Positions 30,227 through 39,971 of a DNA stretch of 64,000 bases are shown piece by piece. The notes under the pieces are model-generated. The model worked only from the letters and a program-made list of their open reading frames with translations, was not told the origin of the DNA and did no database searches. This DNA is from Nitrospirota bacterium (GTDB taxonomy: Bacteria; Nitrospirota; Thermodesulfovibrionia; Thermodesulfovibrionales; JdFR-86): assembly GCA_963721805.1 (NCBI GenBank), contig CAVRJY010000004.1, positions 160,001-224,000 on the forward strand. Direction: 5' to 3'. A program made the translations under genes and the position numbers. The number at the start of each line of letters is the position of its first letter. Positions within the stretch are counted from its first letter, which is position 1.

Positions 30227-33200
30227 ATGACCACTCAGCCTGATTTACTCGCTAAGATAGTAACACCGCAACTGAAAAAACAGTTACGAGAGATTTGCGC
30301 GTTCGCTGAGAAGTTCTGGGAAAAGCCTTTTCTTTACTGGTTTACTAATCATGACGTAGAACATTCTAAGGAAATTATCCGGCGCATAGAACAAATAATC
30401 GTCCCGCTTGAGGGTACTGATAAGGCACTTAATGAGCACGAGACTTTCATACTCCTAGCCTCGGCTTATCTGCATGATATTGGCATGCAATATCTAAAAT
30501 ATGAGGGCAAATCTCCGGAAAACTTCACAGCTCAAGATTATAATGCAATACGGAAACTGCACGCTCAGTCAAGCTATGAACTTATCCGCAAGGGTATTAC
30601 AGCAAAGCTAGATAGAGACGATGTACACTTCCCGGATTTAAGCAAGCAATATATCCCCATTATTGCCCTAGTCTCGAAAGGCCACTCTGGCGACTTCTTT
30701 GAGGAGGTAGTAAATCACTTTGAAAAAACCCCCTATTCTCCAGACAACTGCGAAGTCAGAGGGGGACTTCTCACTGCGCTTCTACTCATAGCCGACGAGC
30801 TTGACCTTCATGCACGGCGCGCAAACTTCGATAATCTGAAGAACTATACCCCTTCCAGCTATACGTTTTCACACTGGTACAGACACCATTACGTGGAGCA
30901 CGTCGCTGTCGTTGAATCGTCTGTAAAGTTATTATTTGAGTTTCCGGACAATGCTGGTGATTACGCATCGCTGGTTATTTCTGCTATAGAGACGAAGATA
31001 GAGCAACAGATTTCATTCGTAGAGGATACGATCCGAAAAGCTACCGGAAGGATTCTGCTTAATCGCAAAGTTGAGATCAATCAGCGAGTAAATCCTGAAA
31101 CACATCGTCGTTCTATGCCAGAGGGTGTGCAGGCTGAGTTTCGCAAATTGCTTGACGATAAAGCAGTGCAAGCTAAATCTGCCTCCGGCTCTCCACCCAC
31201 TATAGCATCGTCTTCCTATACAATAGTTCCTCCCGAAAAACCTGTTAGTATATTTACCGGACGCAAGGAAGACTTGGAGCGGTTCAAATCTGCGCTTGCT
31301 GCCTCACCCATTATCTCCATAGAAGGTATCGGCGGCATTGGTAAAACCCAGTTCGCAGCTAAATGTATTGCAGATTTGTTCAATACGGAAAAGGTGGTTT
31401 GGTTTAAATGCACTACGGATACGCAGCTTGACTCACTAATCGAGGCATCAGGTTTTCCAGATGTCCTAAAGGGTGAGAATAAGACAGAGCTTGCAAGGTA
31501 TGCTGGGTTTCTGTCACTAATTGAGAAGCACGAAAAAATCATTTTTGTTGATGACTTTCAAGAAGTCACTGACAAATCGTTTGCCGAGTTTATCAGATTT
31601 GCACATGCGCGACTTGAAAAGGCCAAGATTGTTCTTATAGATCGAGAGCACCCGAATATCTCGGGTGTACACATTGCTCCTGTTCAGCTTGAGGGGCTTG
31701 GAAGCGCGGCATTAGAGTACGCGAAGAATTTCTGTAGCACATACTATCAAGGCATAACGATCGATAATGATACATTGCAAGGGCTTTGTGACAAGGCTGA
31801 CGGACACCCGCTCTCAATAGGGTTTGCAATTCAGCTGCTCAGTTACGGTGCGTTATCTGATGACATTATTGTGGCCATGATGGGAACTAAGCAGGGAGAC
31901 GAGTTGAGTAAGCGTCTACTTGCTATGGTATTCGATCATCCTCTAAGTACTGAGGCGGAGCGCGCATTCATGCTAACAATGTCGGTCTTGCGTGGATCGT
32001 TCGTCCCTGACGCAGAGGTACATATGCTTGGCTGTAACTACACGGCAGTCCGATACAGGCTGATTGAAAAGCATATGCTTACCCTTGATGATAAACAGAT
32101 AAGGATGCATCCTGTAGTTCGGGAGTTTTGCTATGCTCGTCTTAAGGACAAGATGGACTCACACAAATGCGCAGCCTCATATTTGGCCTTATCTAGAACA
32201 AATGTTTTTGATTCAAAAAGAGAGGAGGAGATCTTTCATCATCTTGCTCTCTCCTTGCAAACAGATGGAATGACCGAACTCTTAGTTGAATATGGAGAGG
32301 AATTTATCATTCGAGGCCAAACTAATACTCTCCTCAGAATGATCGAACAAGTCGAAAAGCAAAATATAGAACGCCATGAATTTGAACTCTTCAAGGGAGA
32401 CATCGCTCAAGTCCGTGGAGAATGGGATAAAGCGCTTAAGCATTTTGAAAAAGCTTCCTCCTCTTCTGAACTTTCGGTTTGTGTAGACTCTTATATCAAA
32501 TATGGAGAAATGTTATATAGGCGATGCCAAATTAATGATGCTCTAACTTATTTCGAGGGAGCATATAAGAGCTGTAAAGGACAATATCCGAAAGGCGAAG
32601 CACGGAGTCTTAATGATATTGGATTGGTCAATCGCACTTTCGGTGACCTCAAAGTCGCAATGCAATTCTTTTCAGATGCCCTTAAGATTCAACGATCCAT
32701 AGATCATAAAGAGGGTATTGCGAACACTGTTAGTAATACAGGGCACATCTTATATATGCAGGGCAAACTCAATGAGGCAATGAATATATACAATGAGGCC
32801 CTAGACATTTACGAAGAGATCGAGAACAAGAACGGTTTCGCAAACAGCCTTCTTGATATAGGGGGTATGTTATTTAAGCAGGGCAAACTCAATGAGGCAA
32901 TGAATAAATACAATGAGGCCCTAAAAATATGCGAGGAAATCGGGGACAGGCCCAGCATCGCAACCAGCCTCAATAATATAGGGCGTGTGTTGTGTGCTCA
33001 AGATAAACACAAGGAAGCTAAGGGAAAATTCAATACTGCACTAAAGATTAGCGAGGAAATCGGGAACCGTCGCGGTATATCATCAAGCCTTAATAACATA
33101 GCGGGCGTGTTACGTGATCAGAAAAAATTTAATGAGGCGTTGGACAAATACAATGAGGCCCTAATAATTTGCAATGAAATCGGGGACAGACGCGGTATAT

Positions 33201-33679
33201 CAATTTGTTTAAATAATATAGGGGTTGTGTTAAGTAATCAAGGCAAACTCAATAAGGCAATGGAGAAATACAACGAGGCCCTAAAGATTGACAAGGAAAT
33301 CGGGGATCAGGTATCGATGTCAACATGTTATCATAATATTGGTACTGCTTATTATGACGAAAAGAAATACGTACTGGCATTTAAGTATTTACTTGAGTCA
33401 TCTGCAATGGAAAAAGAGATGGGAATAATTCGGCCTGCGTCAGAGCAGTATATTTATGAACTAAAAAATGGGTTGGGCGGATTATTTATTAAGAAACATA
33501 GGGAACATATGTTAGAGGCTTTTGAGGCCATATCAGAAAGAATAAAACCTTATCTTGACATAAGCAAATTCTTCGTATGCGATACAATTAAACGAGAAGC
33601 ACCTAAAGTCGGTCGGAATGATCTTTGCCCATGTGGAAGCGGCAAGAAATTTAAGAGATGTTGTAGTCTTACTGCATAA
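30227..33679 (+). CDS. HD-domain + STAND (NB-ARC-like) NTPase + TPR array + SEC-C motif; NLR-like putative defence protein
   Basis: FTNHDVEH...YLHDIGM...ADELD; Walker A GIGGIGKT; Walker B IIFVDD; GHPL; MHPVVREF; 40-aa TPR repeats; GRNDLCPCGSGKKFKRCC. AT-rich. Confidence 0.85.
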   Translation: MTTQPDLLAKIVTPQLKKQLREICAFAEKFWEKPFLYWFTNHDVEHSKEIIRRIEQIIVPLEGTDKALNEHETFILLASAYLHDIGMQYLKYEGKSPENFTAQDYNAIRKLHAQSSYELIRKGITAKLDRDDVHFPDLSKQYIPIIALVSKGHSGDFFEEVVNHFEKTPYSPDNCEVRGGLLTALLLIADELDLHARRANFDNLKNYTPSSYTFSHWYRHHYVEHVAVVESSVKLLFEFPDNAGDYASLVISAIETKIEQQISFVEDTIRKATGRILLNRKVEINQRVNPETHRRSMPEGVQAEFRKLLDDKAVQAKSASGSPPTIASSSYTIVPPEKPVSIFTGRKEDLERFKSALAASPIISIEGIGGIGKTQFAAKCIADLFNTEKVVWFKCTTDTQLDSLIEASGFPDVLKGENKTELARYAGFLSLIEKHEKIIFVDDFQEVTDKSFAEFIRFAHARLEKAKIVLIDREHPNISGVHIAPVQLEGLGSAALEYAKNFCSTYYQGITIDNDTLQGLCDKADGHPLSIGFAIQLLSYGALSDDIIVAMMGTKQGDELSKRLLAMVFDHPLSTEAERAFMLTMSVLRGSFVPDAEVHMLGCNYTAVRYRLIEKHMLTLDDKQIRMHPVVREFCYARLKDKMDSHKCAASYLALSRTNVFDSKREEEIFHHLALSLQTDGMTELLVEYGEEFIIRGQTNTLLRMIEQVEKQNIERHEFELFKGDIAQVRGEWDKALKHFEKASSSSELSVCVDSYIKYGEMLYRRCQINDALTYFEGAYKSCKGQYPKGEARSLNDIGLVNRTFGDLKVAMQFFSDALKIQRSIDHKEGIANTVSNTGHILYMQGKLNEAMNIYNEALDIYEEIENKNGFANSLLDIGGMLFKQGKLNEAMNKYNEALKICEEIGDRPSIATSLNNIGRVLCAQDKHKEAKGKFNTALKISEEIGNRRGISSSLNNIAGVLRDQKKFNEALDKYNEALIICNEIGDRRGISICLNNIGVVLSNQGKLNKAMEKYNEALKIDKEIGDQVSMSTCYHNIGTAYYDEKKYVLAFKYLLESSAMEKEMGIIRPASEQYIYELKNGLGGLFIKKHREHMLEAFEAISERIKPYLDISKFFVCDTIKREAPKVGRNDLCPCGSGKKFKRCCSLTA

Positions 33680-33751
33680 GGGTTTAAATCGGGCGTGCAA
33701 TATTGGATTAATATCCATAATTAAATAGGGGCAAGCCCGTTTTATTTGCTC

Positions 33752-34260
33752 TCAAGTCTTTATAAAGGTAGGCGCATTTTTCTGAGTCTTCCCGCCCTTG
33801 ATCTGATGGTAATACTCATAGGTCATCGGGGCCACAGTCGCTCAATACCGCCGACTCGACGACCTTCCCGACGAACAGGCAGTGGGTGCCGAGATCGACT
33901 TCCTGCACGACCTCCGCCTCGAAATACGCTATGGCATAGTCGGTGACGATGTTCGCGCCCGTGACGCCTCGCTTAAAATTGACGCCCTCGAATTTCTGGA
34001 AGTCCCTGCCGGTGCGGAACCCGAACCTGCCTATGAACTGAAGCGGCGTCTCCACCGAAAGCACCATGACCGCGAAGACCCTGCTTTGAGCGCACGCATT
34101 CGCAGGTGAGGTTATCCTTGTTCAGGCTGACCGCTATCTGCGGCGGCTCGGCCGTGACCTGAAACACGGTGTTCGCGATCTGTCCGTCCGCCTGCTCCCC
34201 GTTAAAGGACGTGACTACATACATGCCATAGCTTATCTTCGCGAGCGCGTTAGGGTCCAT
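33752..34260 (-). pseudogene. Flavin reductase-like protein with two +1 frameshifts (near 34086 and 33829)
   Basis: ISYGMYVVTS, NTVFQVT, FGFRTGR, GTHCLFVG and PMTYEYYH lie across three frames. May be assembly errors. Confidence 0.8.
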
Positions 34261-34448
34261 CCCCAAAGATATGCCCGCCGCGGCCGAATGTCAAGTGCAG
34301 CCCTGGGCCATGGAGGAGAGCCTGCCTTGCATGCGCCGCTGATCGCGGCCCCTGGACGGAACTCTTGACATGGCGGCGGAAGGGGCCTAAGATGAGGATA
34401 AAACAAGCCCTTCGGCTTTTTTACTGAATCCGGGCAAGGAGGCCTTCA

Positions 34449-34637
34449 ATGAAATATCCGGTAGTGGACTATGAAACATGCATAGGGTGCGGCTCGTGTG
34501 TCGCGCTCTGCCCCGAGGTGTTTGAACTTCGCAACGACGAGAAGGCGTGGGTGATAGCTACGGATAAATGCGACACCTGCGATTGCCAGGAGGCGATTGA
34601 TGTCTGCCCTGTCCAGGCGATCAGCTGGAGCGAGTGA
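34449..34637 (+). CDS. Ferredoxin
   Basis: CIGCGSC...CP...CPVQAI. Confidence 0.92.
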   Translation: MKYPVVDYETCIGCGSCVALCPEVFELRNDEKAWVIATDKCDTCDCQEAIDVCPVQAISWSE

Positions 34638-34646
34638 GAGACCTAC

Positions 34647-35096
34647 ATGAAAATTACAATCCCGGCGTCGTTGAAATCGGAACATAGGGAGCTTCACGCG
34701 GAGCTTGCCAGGGCCGTCCGGACGCCCGGCCCTATTGGCAGGGCCGCCGAGGCGGTCGCGGAACTCCTGCACCCCCATTTCGTGAAAGAGGAACAGTACG
34801 CATTGCCGCCGATCGGCCTGTTGAAGGCCTTGGCTGAAGGCAAGGCCAATGAGGATATGCGGGAGGTCCTCGTGATGACCGACAGGCTCAAGAAAGACCT
34901 GCCCGATATGATTAAGGAACACAAGGCGGTCGTCGCGGCTCTCAAGGATCTGGTTGCCGCGGCAAAGATGGAAAAGAGGGATGATATCGTCCATTTTACC
35001 GAGAAGCTCATGCTCCATGCAAAGACGGAAGAGGACGTGCTGTACCCTGCCGCGATATTGGCGGGAGAATACGTGAAAGTCAGGCTGGGCAAATAG
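34647..35096 (+). CDS. Hemerythrin/HHE domain protein
   Basis: Motifs EH, HFVKEE, EH and HAKTEEDVLYP. Confidence 0.85.
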   Translation: MKITIPASLKSEHRELHAELARAVRTPGPIGRAAEAVAELLHPHFVKEEQYALPPIGLLKALAEGKANEDMREVLVMTDRLKKDLPDMIKEHKAVVAALKDLVAAAKMEKRDDIVHFTEKLMLHAKTEEDVLYPAAILAGEYVKVRLGK

Positions 35097-35194
35097 TTCC
35101 CGCACTCAGCCAGCCCCGAGCTGGAGCGCCATGGACCAAGAGTTCTCTTGCGTTAAAAGTATCTTTAGGCTAAACTGGAATCAGGAGGGCAGCC

Positions 35195-35491
35195 ATGGAT
35201 ACCAGCGGAATCGGCCTGTCGGGCGTCAACGCCTTCGAGACGAAGCTCAACGTCACCGCAAACAACATAGCCAACCAAAACACCGCCCAGTTCAAGCCCT
35301 CCGAGGCGAACACGCAGGACAATGCCGGCCAGGGCGTGTATGTCACGATCAGCCAGAGCAGCACCCCCGGTGTGGATCTTGCAAAAGAGATGGTCGACAT
35401 GATGACCTCGAAGATCGGCATAGAGGCCAACCTCAAGAGCATCGAGGCGGCCGACGAAACAACTCAGCACACCCTCGACATCATCGCCTAG
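35195..35491 (+). CDS. Short flagellar basal-body rod domain protein (orphan FlgC-like)
   Basis: ANNIAN motif and VDLAKEMVDMM. Confidence 0.8.
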   Translation: MDTSGIGLSGVNAFETKLNVTANNIANQNTAQFKPSEANTQDNAGQGVYVTISQSSTPGVDLAKEMVDMMTSKIGIEANLKSIEAADETTQHTLDIIA

Positions 35492-35566
35492 GTGCCACGG
35501 GCACCTCTCACTATTCGCGGGGGCGACTGCCCCTCTCTCTATTCGCGCGATAGCGCTCATCTCTTA
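35490..35566. repeat. Family B repeat
   Basis: ggtgccacgggcacctctcactattcgcggggg...ctattcgcgcgatagcgctcatc. Confidence 0.65.
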
Positions 35567-35571
35567 TCTAA

Positions 35572-35748
35572 GCCGTTGACCTTGGGGGGCCCGGGGGGCG
35601 TCTGTTGGCTGTGACACCCCCGAAAGCGCGAGAAATCGTGTCAGACTAGGAAGGGCGAGAAAACCGCCCGATGGTGTACTGAGACGTACATAGAGGGCGA
35701 GTTTTCGAGAACTGACGACGTATCACGCGAGTTTCGCGCGCTTTGAAA
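35572..35748 (-). repeat. Family A repeat, copy 6 (inverted, most divergent)
   Basis: gttgacc...aaagcgcgagaaatcg...gatggtgtactgagacgtacat...gcgcgctttgaaa. Confidence 0.8.
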
Positions 35749-35775
35749 AAAGCTGCTAATAGCGCCGGTCGGCAC

Positions 35776-37713
35776 TCACGATCCCAGCCCGAGTATATGC
35801 AGCGCTATCTTCACCGACAGATCATTGCTGCGCCTGTCGATGGATACCATTATGCCCCAGCACTGCGGGTGGTAGTCCACCTTGGCGATGAGCTCCCTAG
35901 GCCCCCGGCCGTTGCCCCTGTCGAAGGCGATCCCGCCGCCGATGTCGGTCGTGGGCGTCAGCTTGTACGTGACGTTGAACTTCTGCGTCGATATCTCCGC
36001 GGCCATATCGTAGGACTCCGAGGCGGATAGCGCGTATTTCGCGTAATCCAGCCTCGCCTCGGCCGCGAGCGCAGAGACCCTCTCGATGTAGTAGTCGTAC
36101 TTCACGCTCAGCCCGACGGTCTCGGTCTTCGGGTGGTCGCCGGTTGTGTTGTGGAGGTAGCGCAGGTCGAACTCCAGCGGCAGGAACTGCTCGCTGTCGA
36201 GCCTGAGGTCATAGGGCTGCTTTATGACCGCATCGAACTCGTGGTCAGGGAACCTCAGCCGGTTCATCAGCGACGCGGTGAGCACCGAGCGGTCCGAGGC
36301 CTTGTCCTCCGAGTCGAAAAACGGGATGCGGTCGCCGGTGCGTCCGGCGAGGTCATACTCGAGCGCGGGCTCGATGTAGTGCTTTACCCCGTCGGAGTAT
36401 GTCTTGCCGAAGGTCGAGGCGAGCGTGGCCTTGTAATGGCCTATCGCGGAATAGTCTTGGCCCGTCTGTCCGTCGCCGTCGTCCTGCAGGTCAAACGCAT
36501 AGCCCCTGGCCTCGGCCTCCTGCGAGAAGACCAGCCCCGTGCCTACAGAGTTAAACAGCCTGAGCCTGCCGTCATAGCGCTGTCCCTCCGAGCCTATCTG
36601 CCGCTCGAAGTTCACGGCCCCGGCCGAGGCGATGACCGTTATCGGCCCGAGGGACTGGGGCGAGAGGAAGGCCCCGAGTTCCGGCAGGCGGTTGACTATG
36701 ACCGCATCGCGCGCGCCTTGCTTGAGGTCCTGATAGACCGAGGACGCGGCGAAGAGCTTGACGGGCCCGGCCTCGTACGCGGCCTCGGCGTCGGACTCCA
36801 GGAACCGCGCGTCGCGCTGGTCGCTGCCCTCGGCGAACAGTCGGTAGAAGTTGTCGCGGCTGACCCGGTTTACGTGGATGAAGCCCTCGTCCCACTGGTG
36901 CCACGAGTCGGTGCGCATATAGGTCTCGCCGGTATGCCCGTCGGGGATGGCCGTGAACTCGAGCCTCCCGCTCAGGCCGCCGGGCTCGACGTACCTGTGC
37001 TCGATCTCCATACCGGTGCCGATCTTGCCGTAGACGTCGAGCGTGAACGTCATGTCGCGGTTGTCCGAGATCGCCCAGTAAAACGGCTCGCTGATGGTCA
37101 GGCCCAATTTGCTCGAGTACCCGAACACCGGCGTGAGCAGCCCGGTCTGCCGGTCCTTGAGCGCCGGGGCGACCAGAAACGGCGTATACATCGCCGAGGT
37201 GCCGCCCGCGGCCTTGAACGTCGCGTCGTGCGCGGTGAGCCATCCGTTTACGGTCACGTCGGCGTCGTTTGCGACCACGCACCACGCGGGCTTCGGGTCG
37301 GTGCAGGTCGTGATTACGGCCTTCTCGGCCATGTAGCCGTTCTCGGCGTATTTGTGGATCACCGCGCCGCGTATCGTAAGCGGCTTGTCGACATACCCCA
37401 CAACACCGTTATAGAACGTCCCGGTGCCCGAGGCCATGTCTATCTTCGCGCTCTCGGCCGTGATAGTCACGATGCCGTCGGAGTATGAGAAATCCCCCTC
37501 GGCGTCGATATGCTCGGGCTTTAAGGTATAGTGCATCTTCGCGGCCTTCATCGTGAGCCCGGCGCGGTGCATCACGACCGAGCCGGTGAAGTCGTACGCG
37601 CCCTCTGACTGCACCATCGCGTCTGAGGTGATGTCGGTCTGCCCGGGCTGCGCGGCCGCCGGGAGAGCGGACGCCAGGAGCATCGCGATAATGAGGAGGA
37701 GCATCCTTGTCAT
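35776..37713 (-). CDS. lptD: LPS-assembly protein LptD
   Basis: ITTC..PAW, RQTGLLTP, PFYWAIS and YHPQCWG; signal peptide. Confidence 0.85.
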   Translation of the reverse strand: MTRMLLLIIAMLLASALPAAAQPGQTDITSDAMVQSEGAYDFTGSVVMHRAGLTMKAAKMHYTLKPEHIDAEGDFSYSDGIVTITAESAKIDMASGTGTFYNGVVGYVDKPLTIRGAVIHKYAENGYMAEKAVITTCTDPKPAWCVVANDADVTVNGWLTAHDATFKAAGGTSAMYTPFLVAPALKDRQTGLLTPVFGYSSKLGLTISEPFYWAISDNRDMTFTLDVYGKIGTGMEIEHRYVEPGGLSGRLEFTAIPDGHTGETYMRTDSWHQWDEGFIHVNRVSRDNFYRLFAEGSDQRDARFLESDAEAAYEAGPVKLFAASSVYQDLKQGARDAVIVNRLPELGAFLSPQSLGPITVIASAGAVNFERQIGSEGQRYDGRLRLFNSVGTGLVFSQEAEARGYAFDLQDDGDGQTGQDYSAIGHYKATLASTFGKTYSDGVKHYIEPALEYDLAGRTGDRIPFFDSEDKASDRSVLTASLMNRLRFPDHEFDAVIKQPYDLRLDSEQFLPLEFDLRYLHNTTGDHPKTETVGLSVKYDYYIERVSALAAEARLDYAKYALSASESYDMAAEISTQKFNVTYKLTPTTDIGGGIAFDRGNGRGPRELIAKVDYHPQCWGIMVSIDRRSNDLSVKIALHILGLGS

Positions 37714-39008
37714 TCCCTGAGCCCCATGTGGTATGACTTTGCGCCCAGGGCCTCGCGCGCCTCGCCAAGCAGGTAGAACGACCCTGTGACGAGCACCGGC
37801 ATCCCAAGCCCGATCGCGGCCCCAAGCGCGAGCGACACGCTGCTGTACACGCGTATGCCGTCGACGCGCCCGAGCCTCCGGGCCGCCTCGACGAGTTGCG
37901 CGGACGACGCCGCCCTGCCGCCCTCGGGAGGCGCGAAGCAGACCTCGCTCGCAAGCGGCAGCAGCAGGCGGAGCATCCCGTCTATATCCTTGTCCGCCAT
38001 CGCCCCGAAGACGAGCGCAAGCGGCGCGCCCTCCAAGACGAAGTCCTCGCGCACCGCACGGGCGGTCGCGGCAGCGGCGGCCGGGTTGTGGCCGCCGTCC
38101 AATATCACGAGCGGGTCGCGGCGCATGACCTCGAGCCTTCCGGGCCACGAGACGGAGCGAAGCCCCTCGCGCACCGCGCGTTCGCCGCCTAATCCTATGA
38201 CCTCCATCGCCCGCACCGCGAGCGACATGTTGCCTGCCTGGTATGCTCCGGAGAGCGGGCATTCAAGAGCTTCGAGCTTAAGCCCCCTGTCTGAGATATA
38301 ATCGAACCTCACGCGGCCCGGCCCGTGCGATACCAGCACAGAGCGGAACTCGCGGCCTTCGAGGTGCAAAGCCGAGCCTGCCTCCGCAGCGGCCGCTGAC
38401 ACCGAGGCGAGCGCCTCAGCCTCCTGCGCCGCGCAGACGACCGGCACTCCCGGCTTTATGATCCCGGCCTTCTCCGCGGCGATCTCCCGAAGCGATCCGC
38501 CGAGGTACTGCATGTGGTCGTAGTCGATGCGGGTGATGGCAGAGACCTCAGGGCTCAGCAGGTTGGTCGCATCGAGGCGTCCGCCCATCCCGGTCTCGAC
38601 GACCGCCCAGTCGGCGCCCCGCTCCTTGAAGTACAAAAACGCCATCGCCGTGACCGCCTCGAAGAACGTCGGCGTAAGCCCGATCCCCTCGGCCGCCTCG
38701 CGCACTCGAGCGGTGTATGAGACTACCTCTTCGGGCGTGATCTCGACGCCGTCTATGCGGATGCGCTCTGTGAAGCTCACCATGTGTGGCGAGGTGAAAA
38801 GCCCGGTGCGCAGCCCCGAGGCGCGCAGCATCGAGGCCGCCGCTGCCGATGTCGAGCCCTTGCCGTTGGTGCCCGCAACGTGGACGGACCTGAATGCGCG
38901 GTGCGGCTCCCCGAGCGCGGCGAGGAGACGCGCCGGGTTTTGCAGTCCCAGCTTGATGCCGTGCAGCTGGAGCCTGTAGAGGTAATCTATGGAATCCTCG
39001 TACGCCAT
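37710..39008 (-). CDS. folC: Folylpolyglutamate/dihydrofolate synthase
   Basis: Motifs HVAGTNGKGS, FTSPH, ETGMGGRLDATN and DGGHN. Confidence 0.95.
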   Translation of the reverse strand: MAYEDSIDYLYRLQLHGIKLGLQNPARLLAALGEPHRAFRSVHVAGTNGKGSTSAAAASMLRASGLRTGLFTSPHMVSFTERIRIDGVEITPEEVVSYTARVREAAEGIGLTPTFFEAVTAMAFLYFKERGADWAVVETGMGGRLDATNLLSPEVSAITRIDYDHMQYLGGSLREIAAEKAGIIKPGVPVVCAAQEAEALASVSAAAAEAGSALHLEGREFRSVLVSHGPGRVRFDYISDRGLKLEALECPLSGAYQAGNMSLAVRAMEVIGLGGERAVREGLRSVSWPGRLEVMRRDPLVILDGGHNPAAAAATARAVREDFVLEGAPLALVFGAMADKDIDGMLRLLLPLASEVCFAPPEGGRAASSAQLVEAARRLGRVDGIRVYSSVSLALGAAIGLGMPVLVTGSFYLLGEAREALGAKSYHMGLRE

Positions 39009-39134
39009 GGTGGGAATTTTACCCTAAACGCATGGACTTTGGCATCCCGGCCGTTATATCATAGTCCTGCGCCGCGCCCGTCCGGGCCGCGCAGGACGCG
39101 ATTCAAAACTCTTTTAAAAGCCGGGGGACGCACG

Positions 39135-39476
39135 ATGTTCCGCAGAAGCGAAAGCGTCGAGACACTGCTCGGGCCGGGCACCCGGTTTTCGGGCACCATG
39201 TCCAGCAAGGGCACACTGAAGGTCTACGGCTCGGTCGAGGGCGATATCGAGGCCGACCTGCTTATAACGGCCGAGGGCTCATCGGTAAGCGGCACCGTCG
39301 CGGTTGGCGGGGTCATCGTCGGCGGCTCTATCGAGGGCAACATAACAGCGCGCGAGCGCGTCGAGGTCAAGCACAAAGGCGCGGTGCGCGGCGACATCTC
39401 AACCAAGCGCCTCTCTGTCGAGGACGGCGCGCGCCTCTGGGGCCGCCTCAGCATGTCAGAGCAGGACAAGCCCTAA
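39135..39476 (+). CDS. Bactofilin (polymer-forming cytoskeletal protein)
   Basis: TLLGPGT...GSVEGDI...GAVRGDI...LSVEDGA. Confidence 0.88.
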   Translation: MFRRSESVETLLGPGTRFSGTMSSKGTLKVYGSVEGDIEADLLITAEGSSVSGTVAVGGVIVGGSIEGNITARERVEVKHKGAVRGDISTKRLSVEDGARLWGRLSMSEQDKP

Positions 39477-39537
39477 GCCGCCCATAGCCGTTCGCCTGCC
39501 AATCCCTTACCCGCCCCCAAAGATACCGAACAGGCCG

Positions 39538-39828
39538 TTAAGGCTTCATTCTATAGACCTCAAAGGCCGCCGTCTCCTGCGGTGACGCGTTAAAGCCGCC
39601 TTTGATGCCTGCCTTCATCCGGGGCATGAGGATGGTGTCGCGGAACCGCTCCCAGCTCTCCTTCGAGTCGTGCACCGCCACGACCGTCCAGCCCCCTTCG
39701 GACGCGCCGGCAGCGTGGAAGATCTGACCGGCAGGCAGGGTGTCCCTGTCGGGATGCACAGCGCTTATTGAAGCCTCGTACTGCTCCTTCGTACCGCCCG
39801 GAAAGAAATGCATGATCGCGTATGCCAT
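39538..39828 (-). CDS. Hypothetical protein
   Basis: AAAGGAG RBS; 96 aa. Confidence 0.7.
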   Translation of the reverse strand: MAYAIMHFFPGGTKEQYEASISAVHPDRDTLPAGQIFHAAGASEGGWTVVAVHDSKESWERFRDTILMPRMKAGIKGGFNASPQETAAFEVYRMKP

Positions 39829-39971
39829 GTCCGTTCTCCTTTCAAGTTAATGGAACCGCCTCCCACAGCCCATTAATTGATTGTATCCCTGAAACCTCAG
39901 CATGGCAATGAATTATCCGCGGGACGGAGAATGAATAAGAACAAAGGTCTCGGATTTGGCGGTGTGTTATG

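Noticed and set aside
32700..33340. TPR DNA repeats as a diversity-generating retroelement target
   Set aside because: The repeats are in-frame 120-bp coding duplications. No reverse transcriptase or adenine-specific template/variable pair was seen.
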